Assembly (NCBI GenBank): GCA_963707915.1
Contig: OY970178.1
Coordinates: 2,400,001-2,464,000 of the forward strand
Source of the DNA: Candidatus Eiseniibacteriota bacterium
Lineage (GTDB): Bacteria; Eisenbacteria; RBG-16-71-46
Direction: 5' to 3'
DNA: 64,000 nucleotides
Below, one piece after another: positions 44,202 to 53,102 of this stretch. Each line of letters opens with the position of its first letter. Within the stretch, counting starts at the first letter, position 1. The translations under genes were made by a program, and so were the position numbers. The notes under the pieces are model-generated. The model searched no databases. It saw nothing but the letters and a program-made list of their open reading frames with translations, and had not been told where the DNA came from.

Positions 44202-44915
44202 ATGCGTAAGCTGGTTATCGCTCTTCTCGCGCTCGGCGTCTTCGCGGCTTCTTCGGCGTTCGCGGCGAGCGACGTCCGCATCAGCCAGGTCTTCGGCGGC
44301 AACAGCGCCACCAACTATTACAACCAGGACTACATCGAGCTGTTCAACTCCAGCGGCGTGGACGTGGACATCAGCGGCTGGGCGGTCCAGTACTCGTCCA
44401 GCGCGGCCACCGCGGGCTGGGGCAGCAGCGGCGCCACCTATGCGACCTTCTTCGTGTTCCCGGCTGGCGCGAAGATCAAGGCCTGCTCGTACCTGCTCCT
44501 GGGCTGCGCCGAGACCACTGGTGCCACCAACACGATCCCGGTCGCGTTTGATTACGAAGTCCCGGGCGTTGGCTACCTGAACCTGTCGGCCACCACCGGC
44601 AAGGTGGGTCTGTTCAGCTCGCCGTACACGGCTACGGGAGTCTGCCCGGACGCGGTGGCGGTCCCCACGCTGCTGGACAAGGTGGCGTTTGGCACTGCCG
44701 GTTGCCCCGAGGGCGCTGCTTCCGCCCCGGCGCCGTCGGGCACGCTGGCGATCTTCCGCGCCAACGGCGGCATGCAGGACACCGATCAGAACGGTGCCGA
44801 CTTCACCACCGGCACGCCGGCTCCGCGCAATTCGCTGACGGCAATCAACCCGCTTTGCTCGCCCGTGCCGGCCGTGCCGACCACGTGGGGCAAGGTGAAG
44901 ACCATCTATCGGTAG
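44202..44915 (+). CDS. Secreted lamin-tail-domain protein (paralog of 42949..43647) with TWG-K-YR tail
   Basis: Near-identical N-terminus SDVRISQVFGGNSATN; ends VPAVPTTWGKVKTIYR. Confidence 0.9.
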   Translation: MRKLVIALLALGVFAASSAFAASDVRISQVFGGNSATNYYNQDYIELFNSSGVDVDISGWAVQYSSSAATAGWGSSGATYATFFVFPAGAKIKACSYLLLGCAETTGATNTIPVAFDYEVPGVGYLNLSATTGKVGLFSSPYTATGVCPDAVAVPTLLDKVAFGTAGCPEGAASAPAPSGTLAIFRANGGMQDTDQNGADFTTGTPAPRNSLTAINPLCSPVPAVPTTWGKVKTIYR

Positions 44916-44934
44916 TTTTCGCACGGTACCAACG

Positions 44935-44963
44935 CGAGGCCCCGCCCATCGGGCGGGGCCTCG
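44935..44963. terminator. Hairpin between convergent genes
   Basis: CGAGGCCCCGCCC-atc-GGGCGGGGCCTCG. Confidence 0.7.
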
Positions 44964-45015
44964 ACGTTGGATGGCCAGACGTTGTGGTGAGCTGGAACGC
45001 GCGCGGCCGTCGCCG

Positions 45016-47310
45016 TCAGGGCGCGAAGTGGAAGGGTCGGCCTGCTCTGTAACATGCGAGCTGCGCGGCGAAACGGCTGGCGGCCGCGGCGTCGCGCTCC
45101 GCGCGCGCCAGTTCGACGGCGCGCCTGCCTGCGCTGACCGCATCCCGGAATCGCCCCGCCTCCGCGTAGGCCGCCGCCAGCGTGCTGTAGAGCACCGCGA
45201 CCGGCGTCTTGCTGCGGTCCCGGGCCTGCTCGGCCATGCGGACGGCCTCGGCACCGTCTCGGCGCCGCGGGTCGGGGTGGGTCGCCCGGATCCAGGCGAT
45301 GTTGTTGAGTGCGTCCAGGTCGCTCGAATCCCTGCCCACCAGGACCCGGTATTCCGCGATCGCCTCCTCGACCCGGCCCGTGCGCGTGAGCGTGACCGCG
45401 AGCAGACGGCGATCTGCATCGTCCCTGGGCCGCAGCTTGACCACGCGCTTCAACGCGTCGGCGGCCTCGTTCAGCCGACCCTGCTGGCCGAGCGCGCCGG
45501 CCAGCTCCGTCAACGACCGCAGGTAGTCGGGATCGAGGCGCAGCGCGGCCTCGTACTCGGCGATGGCCTCGTCCACGCGGCCCAGCTTCATCAGCGTGCG
45601 CGCGATGTTGTGGTGGATGAGCGCGCTGTCGTCGGTCTTGAGGGCCAGCCGGAAGTGGGCCAGCGCCTCCTGGTAGTGCCCGCGCGCGGCCAGCGTGCTG
45701 CCGAGGTTCACGTGGACCTTAGCGATGTCCCGCGTCCGGAGCACCTCGCGCAGTTGCGCGATCGCCTCGTCCAGCCGGCCCAGCTTGGCCAGTGCGCCGG
45801 CAAGGTTCAGGCGGGCGTCGGCATAGCCCGGGGCCACCCGCAGCACGTCCTCGAAGTGCCGCATGGCCGGCTGGATGCGCCCGGCATCGAGCAACTCGCT
45901 GCCCAGACACTGGTTCGCCGTCGGGTTCGTGGGATCCAGTTCGAGCGTGTAAGTGAAGAGCGTGTGGTTGTCCTTCCACAGGGCGACCTGCCGCGCGGTG
46001 CCCACGGCGCCGGCCACGACCAGTGCGACGGCGGCGACGGCGGCGGCGATGCGCGCGGAGCGGCCGCGCGGCCAGACCTCGTCCACCGTCCAGACCGCGG
46101 CGATCATGAAACCGATGACCGTCAGGTAGGTGTAGCGGTCGGCGTAGGCCTGCATGCCCACCTGCACGAGCCCGATGACCGGCAGCAACATGCCCACGTA
46201 CCAGAGCCAGCCCACCGTGATGTGGGGGCGCGCCCGCCCCCACCACAGGGCCAGCGCGGTGGTGACCAGCAGGGCCGCGGCCGCCAGCATGCCACGGCCG
46301 CCGATGTCGAAGGTCATCTGGTGGAACGGCATCAGGTCGTGCGGCCAGAAGGTCAGCCCCAGGTAACGCCAGTAGGAGAGCGAAGCGTTGAGCACGCGGA
46401 AGCTCCACGACAGGTTCCCCTCGCCGACCACGGCCCCGGTCGCCCGCTGGACGAAGAACGTGGTCGTCGCCTGGGCCAGCACCAGCAGGAACATCGGCCA
46501 CTTCTCGGCGAGCAGGCCGGGCAGCCCGAGGACCGGCGCGCCGCAGGGGGCCCCGGCGGGACGCGCGCGCAGGGGCCAGCCCCGCAGCCGGCCCAGCGGC
46601 CAGATGTCCAGCAGCACGAGGACGAAGGGCAGCGTCACCAGCATGGGCTTGGACATCAGGCCGAGAGCGAGGAGGACCACGACCAGCGCGTAGCGTCCGC
46701 GCCCGGGGCGCTCCGCCCAGCGCGCGTAGGTCCACAGCACGAGCATGAAGAAGAAGCCGCTCAGGACGTCCTTGAGCTCCGAGATCCACGCCACGGATTC
46801 GACCCGCAGCGGGTGCACCGCGAACAGCGCGGCCACGAACAGGCTCTTCCACCAGGACCGCGTGAGCCGGCCCAGGGCCAGGGCCAGCAGCAGCGCGTTC
46901 AGGACGTGCAACACCAGATTCACCGCGTGGTGGGCCCCGGCCTCCAGGCCGAAGGCCTGCGCAGTGAGCATGTGGACCACGGAGGTGAGGGGATGGAAGT
47001 TCCCGCCGTGGGGCGAGTGCAGGATCCAGCGCAATCCGTCCAACGTGAGCCCATTGCTGATGTGCGGGTTCGCACTCACGTACTCGGGGTCGTCGTAGAG
47101 GATCCAGCCGCTGCGCAGCACCCCCGCGAACGCGGCGACGGTCACGCCGGCCAGCAGTGCCAGCGACGCCGGGCGCTGGAGCCGGGCCCAGAGGACCGCG
47201 GGCGTGACGGGCGCCGGGGCCGCGGCGGCCGGCGGGGACGGCGGGGCGACGGGGTCGGGCGCGGGGCTCGGGCCGGGGGAATGCGGGCGGGGTCTCCTCA
47301 CTCGCGGCAT
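45016..47310 (-). CDS. TMTC-like GT-C glycosyltransferase with C-terminal TPRs
   Basis: YDDPEYV, NFHPLT, LFAVHPLRVESVAWISELKD, SKPMLVTLP, ADRYTY and many TPRs; start inferred. Confidence 0.88.
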   Translation of the reverse strand: MPRVRRPRPHSPGPSPAPDPVAPPSPPAAAAPAPVTPAVLWARLQRPASLALLAGVTVAAFAGVLRSGWILYDDPEYVSANPHISNGLTLDGLRWILHSPHGGNFHPLTSVVHMLTAQAFGLEAGAHHAVNLVLHVLNALLLALALGRLTRSWWKSLFVAALFAVHPLRVESVAWISELKDVLSGFFFMLVLWTYARWAERPGRGRYALVVVLLALGLMSKPMLVTLPFVLVLLDIWPLGRLRGWPLRARPAGAPCGAPVLGLPGLLAEKWPMFLLVLAQATTTFFVQRATGAVVGEGNLSWSFRVLNASLSYWRYLGLTFWPHDLMPFHQMTFDIGGRGMLAAAALLVTTALALWWGRARPHITVGWLWYVGMLLPVIGLVQVGMQAYADRYTYLTVIGFMIAAVWTVDEVWPRGRSARIAAAVAAVALVVAGAVGTARQVALWKDNHTLFTYTLELDPTNPTANQCLGSELLDAGRIQPAMRHFEDVLRVAPGYADARLNLAGALAKLGRLDEAIAQLREVLRTRDIAKVHVNLGSTLAARGHYQEALAHFRLALKTDDSALIHHNIARTLMKLGRVDEAIAEYEAALRLDPDYLRSLTELAGALGQQGRLNEAADALKRVVKLRPRDDADRRLLAVTLTRTGRVEEAIAEYRVLVGRDSSDLDALNNIAWIRATHPDPRRRDGAEAVRMAEQARDRSKTPVAVLYSTLAAAYAEAGRFRDAVSAGRRAVELARAERDAAAASRFAAQLACYRAGRPFHFAP

Positions 47311-47321
47311 CCTATGCGGAA

Positions 47322-48725
47322 TCATCCATCGACGGTAGTGGCGCCGGGCTTGGCCAGCGTCCGCATGGGGCGCACCGCGCGTCCGTCGCCGCTCGCGGGC
47401 GGGCGGCCGGAGACGAGCTGGTAGGCCGGGTCGAAGAGGATGACGGGCGGCCGCGTGCGGCGATCGATGCTGCGGTAGAGGGTGTCGAAGAAGACCGCCA
47501 CCTCGGCGGGATCGTCGCCGCGGCGGGGCAGCGGGACGCCCTCGAACGGATCGAACCCGTGGCGCCGGATGAAGCGCTCGCGCGGCAGCGGGTTCGTGAG
47601 GATCGTGGTGTTGATGACCTCGAGGTCGCGCTTCTCGCCCTGCAGCCACTGGTACACCCGCAGGCGCTGGTACCCGTCGTCGGGCCAGAAGACCATCCCG
47701 CTGTCCGACGGAATGGAGTTCCACCGCGCGCGCAGCACCGCGACCACGAGCAGCGCGAGCACCGGGAACAGGAAGGGATAGATGTCGTGGGCGAGCACGC
47801 GCTGTTCCTCGGGGTAGGGCGCGAAGCGGCCGAGCATGTACCGGTACATCGCCCCCGTGGCGTGCTGGTAGAAGTCCCGGACCGACGGGCCGAGGGTGGG
47901 CCAGTTCGCCGGACCATGGCCCTGCGCCCGGAAGTAGAGCAGGGCATAGCTCGAGAGCGGCACGAGGCTGGCGACCGGGCCGAGCCACACGAGCTCCGCC
48001 CGCAGGCGGCGCGCCTTCCACAGCGCCCACAGGAGGCCGAGCGACAGCGGAACGAAGACCCAGGCCGCGGTGACGTGGTGGGCGAGCCCGGCGCCGCAGA
48101 GGAGTCCCCAGAGCACCGCGCTCCAGCGCAGCCGGCCCGTGGACGCGCCCGCGCGAGAGTCGAGCCGGCGGACCAGCCCCACGAAGAAGAGGCACATCCC
48201 GCCCACCAGCGCGAGGTGCCAGCTATAGACCTCGCTGGCGGTGGTCACGTCGGTCCATGCGGGGTTGAGGGCGAAGAGCGGCAGCGGCAGCAGGCCGACC
48301 AGGAATCGCGCCCGCCGTCCGAGCGCGGCCTCGGGCGGGACGAGGCGCACCGCGAGCGCGTGCAGGAAGAACACCGTCACCCCGCCACCCAGCGCACTCC
48401 AGGCGCTCGCGGCATAGGCCCAGCCCGCACCGAGGGCGTGCATCGCGTGCACGAACCCGCCGCCCAGCAGGGTGTAGAGCGGGTAGCCGGTGGGATGGGC
48501 GATGCCGTCCAGGGCGAGGGCCAGGGTGAGCTCGCTCGAGTCGCCGTCGCCCGGAACGGCAGGGGCCAGCAGCAGGTAGACCGCCAGCGCCATGAGCGCG
48601 GGGAGCACGGACCAGAGGATCGGCAGGGCGCGGGCCGACCGGGATTCGGCCCCGGCGGCGCCGCGGTCCCGGGAAGGGTCTTCCCGGCTCGTCGGTCCGC
48701 GTTTCGATCCCACCGGTCTTGCCAT
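47322..48725 (-). CDS. DUF2723 (TMEM260-like) membrane glycosyltransferase
   Basis: GDSSEL...GIAHPTGYPLY, SEVYS and GLAHH motifs. Confidence 0.82.
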   Translation of the reverse strand: MARPVGSKRGPTSREDPSRDRGAAGAESRSARALPILWSVLPALMALAVYLLLAPAVPGDGDSSELTLALALDGIAHPTGYPLYTLLGGGFVHAMHALGAGWAYAASAWSALGGGVTVFFLHALAVRLVPPEAALGRRARFLVGLLPLPLFALNPAWTDVTTASEVYSWHLALVGGMCLFFVGLVRRLDSRAGASTGRLRWSAVLWGLLCGAGLAHHVTAAWVFVPLSLGLLWALWKARRLRAELVWLGPVASLVPLSSYALLYFRAQGHGPANWPTLGPSVRDFYQHATGAMYRYMLGRFAPYPEEQRVLAHDIYPFLFPVLALLVVAVLRARWNSIPSDSGMVFWPDDGYQRLRVYQWLQGEKRDLEVINTTILTNPLPRERFIRRHGFDPFEGVPLPRRGDDPAEVAVFFDTLYRSIDRRTRPPVILFDPAYQLVSGRPPASGDGRAVRPMRTLAKPGATTVDG

Positions 48726-49003
48726 GACCGGGCATCCTATCTCACGCGCCCCGGCTGGCAAGCGGGCGAAGCGCGACGCGGCGCCGGGATGCCTGGCTCC
48801 GCCGCGGCCACCGCGGCCCATCCAGGCCCGGGCCGTCGCGGCGGCCCGGATGCCGGACGTCATGCACTTGCGGGCCGATCCCGGCCCGGGTGAAAACCCC
48901 CGATACCACCGCCCACGGGACAGCGAGCTGAACCGTTGGCGGCGTGGCGACGCGATCTTCGGGAGATCCCGCCCGGATCCGCGCGCCTTCCCCGGTTCTC
49001 TCC

Positions 49004-49032
49004 TTGTGTCGTGCGCACGGGTTCAATATGCT
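49004..49032 (+). promoter_or_regulatory. sigma70-like promoter
   Basis: TTGTGT-N17-TATGCT, at about the same distance from ATG 49212 as the 43991 promoter is from ATG 44202. Confidence 0.6.
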
Positions 49033-49071
49033 TGTCGTGCTCCAACGTGCGCCGACGTCGGGAGGACAGTG

Positions 49072-49211
49072 CCAGCAGGGCTGCCCGTCCCCGGACGACG
49101 GGCGCGAGTCCACCGTGAGAACCGCAGCCCGACTCCACCTCCAGGCGGATACGGACGAAGGTCAGGGTCCCCACGACATCACGGTTCACGCACCACAGGG
49201 AGACCCCCAAC
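49072..49211 (+). repeat. Conserved 5' leader, copy C
   Basis: Gapless 90/100 match to copy B over 49107-49206. Confidence 0.9.
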
Positions 49212-49943
49212 ATGCGCAGAATGGTTATCACTCTCCTCGCTCTCGGCGTTTTCGCGGCGTCGGCAGCCTCCGCTGCCACTTTCTGGAGTGAGACGTTCAG
49301 CTACGCGAACGGCGGACTCGTGGCCAACTCGGGCGGAAACTGGGTCGGGCACAGCACGAGCACGTCCACCACCTACATCGACATCCAGGTCGTCAACGGC
49401 GAAGCCGTGCTCATCGGTGCCAACGGCCAGGACGACAGCCGCAACTTCACCGCCCGGAGCGCCTCGGCGGCAACGTATGCCTGCTTCCAGATGAAGTTGA
49501 CGGGAACGGAGACCTCCGGCAGCTCCTACGTCACACACTTCAAGAACAACAGCACCGGGTTCGTGAGCCAGGTGTTCGTCTTCCCGACCGGCGCCACCAC
49601 GTTCAACATCGGCATCAACTCCACCTCCGCGGTCCCGACCGGTGCCTCCATCTGGCCGACCCCGCTCACCAAGGGCACCTTCTACACGATCGCCATCCGG
49701 TACAATGCGGCCACCGGCGTCTCGACGCTCTGGGTGGACCCGCAGAGCGAATCGAGCGCGAGCATCAACTCGACGACCACCACCATTGGCACCCTGATTT
49801 CCGGATTCGCGCTTCGCCAGGCCACCGGCGCCAGCACGACCTTCGACAACATCCAGGTCGGCGACGCCTTTGCCGATCTTTGCCCGGCAGTCGTGCCCAC
49901 CAACAGCAGCACCTGGGGCCAGCTGAAGTCCCTGTACCGGTAG
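49212..49943 (+). CDS. Secreted Ser/Thr-rich beta-sandwich (concanavalin/LamG-like) protein with TWG-K-YR tail
   Basis: Signal peptide like those of the two LTD proteins; ETFSY...FDNIQVG; ends VVPTNSSTWGQLKSLYR. Confidence 0.88.
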   Translation: MRRMVITLLALGVFAASAASAATFWSETFSYANGGLVANSGGNWVGHSTSTSTTYIDIQVVNGEAVLIGANGQDDSRNFTARSASAATYACFQMKLTGTETSGSSYVTHFKNNSTGFVSQVFVFPTGATTFNIGINSTSAVPTGASIWPTPLTKGTFYTIAIRYNAATGVSTLWVDPQSESSASINSTTTTIGTLISGFALRQATGASTTFDNIQVGDAFADLCPAVVPTNSSTWGQLKSLYR

Positions 49944-49974
49944 GTTTCGTCCGCGGGCGACCGCGTTCGCTTCA

Positions 49975-50008
49975 CACCAGGGCCCGGCTGCGAAGCCGGG
50001 CCCTGGTG
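49975..50008. terminator. Hairpin downstream of 49212..49943
   Basis: CACCAGGGCCCGGCT-gcga-AGCCGGGCCCTGGTG. Confidence 0.7.
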
Positions 50009-50167
50009 CTGGTGGGCGACTGGGTCCAGGTCGCCGCCGGGTGGTAGAATCGAGGCCGGATCCACGGATCCGCATCGTCTGCCACGGTCCCGATTGGCGG
50101 CCCGCCGCCCTGGCCCCGCCCTGCTGAGTCTCCCCGAAACTCGCTCCCGAAAGGCGGGCTGGACACC

Positions 50168-52921
50168 ATGAAGAAGTGGGCTGCTCCGTTCCTCGCGGCG
50201 GTACTCGTCCTCGCGGCGCTCCTGCCCTCGCCCGCGCAGTCGGCGATCATCATCTCCGAGCTGTGCGATCCGCTGAACAACTACCCCACCGACCGCTTCA
50301 TCGAGATCGCCAACGCCGGCACGGACACCGTGGACCTGGCGGGCTGGACGCTGGTCGCGCTGATGAACACCACCGGCACGCCCGGCTCGTTCACCTGGCC
50401 GCTCTCGGGCTCGATCGCCCCCGGCCAGGCCCTGGTCGCGAGCAGCACGACGCCGGTCACGGTCTTCCCGGTGACCTTCGCCGCTGCCGCGTGGTCGTCC
50501 AGCAATGCCCAGTGGAACGGCGCGATCGGCGACGGGGCGAAACTGGTGAACGCGAGCGCCGTGACGGTGGACTACGTCACCGTGCCCGGGACCGTCTTCT
50601 CGAACGCCACCATGGTCCGCAAGCCCAGCATCTACGCGGGCAACTCCGCTTACGTCGCCGCCGAGTGGACCGTGACCGCGGTCACGCTGGCCACCGATGC
50701 GAGCCCCGGCACGCACGTCCTGAACCCGCTGCCGCCGGGACCGTCCATCAAGCAGGTGGTCACCGACCCCCCGGTCCCGCTGGCCGGCGCGGGCGTGAAC
50801 GTGCAGGCCACCGTGACCGATTCCGCCGCGGCCATCACCTCGGTCGCGCTGCTGTGGGGGACCAGCCCCTCGTCGCTGTCCAACACCATCGCCATGCCGC
50901 TCCTCGCGGACAGCACCTATCGCACGACCACGCCGGTACCGGGACAGGCCGAGGGCGTGACCGTCTACTACAAGGTCCAGGCCAGTGATGCGTCGGTGAC
51001 CAAACTCTCCGAGCTGAAGAGCTACACGCTCGACTACGACCGGACCATCGCGCAGATCCAGGGCGGCGTCCCTACCTCGCCTTTCAACGGCCTCGGCGTC
51101 ATCACCCGCGGGGTCGTCACCGCGCGCTATCCCTCGTACCTGGTCGTGCAGGACGGCAGCGGGCCGTGGAGCGGCCTGTGGGTGCGCAGCAGCGCCACGC
51201 CCACGGTCGGCGACTCGGTCACCGTGCGCGGCCTGGTCACCGAGAGCGACGTCCAGGGCCTGGCCGGCACGACGCTGCTGACCAGCGGGATCGTGCTCGC
51301 CGCCTCCCCCGCGGCCACCTTCCCCGCGCCCGCCGTGGTCACCAGCGCCGTCGCGTCGTCGGAGGCCTACGAGGGCGTGCTGGTCAAGGTCGCGAGCGCG
51401 CCCTGCACGGACGTCTCGCTCGGCTCCGGGCAGTGGCTGGTGAACGACGGCAGCGGCGCCTGCCGGGTGGGCGCGCTGGGATACGCCTTCACGCCGATCC
51501 TCGGCACGGCCTACGACGTGACCGGCCCGGTCCTCTACAGCGGCGCCTTCGTGATCGAGCCGCGCGAAGCGGGCGACGTCGCCTGGGCGGCGGACCACGC
51601 CGCGCCCGTCGTGGTCGCGCTGTTCGAGGAGAGCGACTCGACCCTGCTCGTGACCTTCTCCGAGCCGCTCGAGCAGGCCAGCGCCGAGACCCCCACCCAC
51701 TACGCGGTCGGCGCTCACGTCGCGACCGCCGCGGTGCTCGACCTCGCGCACCCCGAGCAGGTCACGGTCACCGTGCCCGGGATCCCCGCCGGCTCGGTCA
51801 CCTTCTCCGCCACCGGCGTGGCCGACCTGTACGCCAACGCCACCAGCGGTGCGACCTGGGCCTTCAACTTCGTGGACACGCGCATCCCCGCGGGCTACTA
51901 CGACAGCGCGTTCGGGCTGCGCGGCACGGCGCTGCGCGCCGCGCTGCACGACATCATCAAGAACCACGCCTCGCAGAGCTACGACTACGCGCTGACCGCC
52001 TTCCAGACCACCGACGTCAAGCCCAACCGCAAGGTCTGGGACGTGTACTCGGACGTCCCGGGCGGCACGCCGCCCTACGAGTACGACTTCGGCGGGGGCA
52101 GCGGAGGCGGGACGGAGGGCGGCGGCTACAACCGGGAGCACTCCTGGCCGCAGTCCTGGTTCGGCGGCGCCCTGCCGATGTACTCCGACCTGTGGATCCT
52201 CTACCCGACCGACATCAAGGTGAACGAGTACCGCGCCAACTGGCCGTACGGCGACGTCTCGACCCCGACCATCACCTCGCTGAACGGCAGCATGCTCGGG
52301 CCATGCTCCGACGCCGGTTACTCCGGCACCGCGTTCGAGCCGATCGACGCCTTCAAGGGCGACCTGGCGCGCAGCCACTTCTACGTCGCCACGCGCTACT
52401 ACACCGAGGACGCCGGTTGGGCGACCAGCGAGGCCACCAGCGGCGCGGACCTGCTGCCGTGGGCGAACACCACGTACCTCGCCTGGCACGCGAACGACCC
52501 CGTGAGCCGCAAGGAGCAGTTGCGCAACGGCGCCATCTACGTGATCCAGAACAACCGCAACCCGTTCGTGGATCACCCGGAGTTCGCCGCGCGGCTGTTC
52601 GACTCGACTTCGACCGCGGCCGTGACCGACGTGCCGCGGCTGGCGTTCCGCCTGCACCAGAACGCGCCCAACCCGTTCCGTCCCTCGACCACCATCCGCT
52701 TCGACCTGCCCCAGCGTGCGGCGGTCAGCCTGCGCGTCTACGACGTCGCGGGCCGGCTGGTGCGTGAACTGGTGTCGGGGAACACGCTCGAGGCGGGCAC
52801 GCACTCGGTGGCCTGGAACGGGCGGGGCGAGTCCGGGCAGCGCGTCGGCGCCGGGCTCTACTTCTGCCGCCTGCAGGCCGGGGCGTTCAGCGCGACGCGG
52901 CGGATGGTGCTCGCCAACTGA
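50168..52921 (+). CDS. Secreted multidomain endonuclease I (LTD + OB + Ig-like + EndA) with FlgD-type C-terminal domain
   Basis: Signal peptide; FIEIAN LTD; GVVTA OB-fold; YNREHSWPQSW, KGDLAR, QNNRNPFVDHPE; C-terminal QNAPNPF...VYDVAGRLVR...GLYFCRL. Extended -10 TGgTAGAAT at 50042-50050. Confidence 0.92.
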   Translation: MKKWAAPFLAAVLVLAALLPSPAQSAIIISELCDPLNNYPTDRFIEIANAGTDTVDLAGWTLVALMNTTGTPGSFTWPLSGSIAPGQALVASSTTPVTVFPVTFAAAAWSSSNAQWNGAIGDGAKLVNASAVTVDYVTVPGTVFSNATMVRKPSIYAGNSAYVAAEWTVTAVTLATDASPGTHVLNPLPPGPSIKQVVTDPPVPLAGAGVNVQATVTDSAAAITSVALLWGTSPSSLSNTIAMPLLADSTYRTTTPVPGQAEGVTVYYKVQASDASVTKLSELKSYTLDYDRTIAQIQGGVPTSPFNGLGVITRGVVTARYPSYLVVQDGSGPWSGLWVRSSATPTVGDSVTVRGLVTESDVQGLAGTTLLTSGIVLAASPAATFPAPAVVTSAVASSEAYEGVLVKVASAPCTDVSLGSGQWLVNDGSGACRVGALGYAFTPILGTAYDVTGPVLYSGAFVIEPREAGDVAWAADHAAPVVVALFEESDSTLLVTFSEPLEQASAETPTHYAVGAHVATAAVLDLAHPEQVTVTVPGIPAGSVTFSATGVADLYANATSGATWAFNFVDTRIPAGYYDSAFGLRGTALRAALHDIIKNHASQSYDYALTAFQTTDVKPNRKVWDVYSDVPGGTPPYEYDFGGGSGGGTEGGGYNREHSWPQSWFGGALPMYSDLWILYPTDIKVNEYRANWPYGDVSTPTITSLNGSMLGPCSDAGYSGTAFEPIDAFKGDLARSHFYVATRYYTEDAGWATSEATSGADLLPWANTTYLAWHANDPVSRKEQLRNGAIYVIQNNRNPFVDHPEFAARLFDSTSTAAVTDVPRLAFRLHQNAPNPFRPSTTIRFDLPQRAAVSLRVYDVAGRLVRELVSGNTLEAGTHSVAWNGRGESGQRVGAGLYFCRLQAGAFSATRRMVLAN

Positions 52922-52946
52922 CGCGAGCGGCGACCACGGTGTCTCG

Positions 52947-52978
52947 GGGCAGCCACTCCCGCGCGGGGGTGGCTGCCC
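52947..52978. terminator. Hairpin downstream of the nuclease gene
   Basis: GGGCAGCCACTCCC-gcgc-GGGGGTGGCTGCCC. Confidence 0.7.
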
Positions 52979-53102
52979 GGTTGAATGCGGTCCGGCGCCG
53001 GAGGAGGCTGCGGGCAGGGAAGCCGCGGTCTGGCAGGCTGCGCGCTTCGCTGCCGTGCGCCAATCGAAATGCGGACGAAGTCGTGAAAGGAACGAGCCGG
53101 TA

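Noticed and set aside
43985..49279. Similar antisense ORFs 43985..44314 and 48860..49279
   Set aside because: The similarity just mirrors the conserved leader and signal peptide on the + strand; no independent coding evidence.
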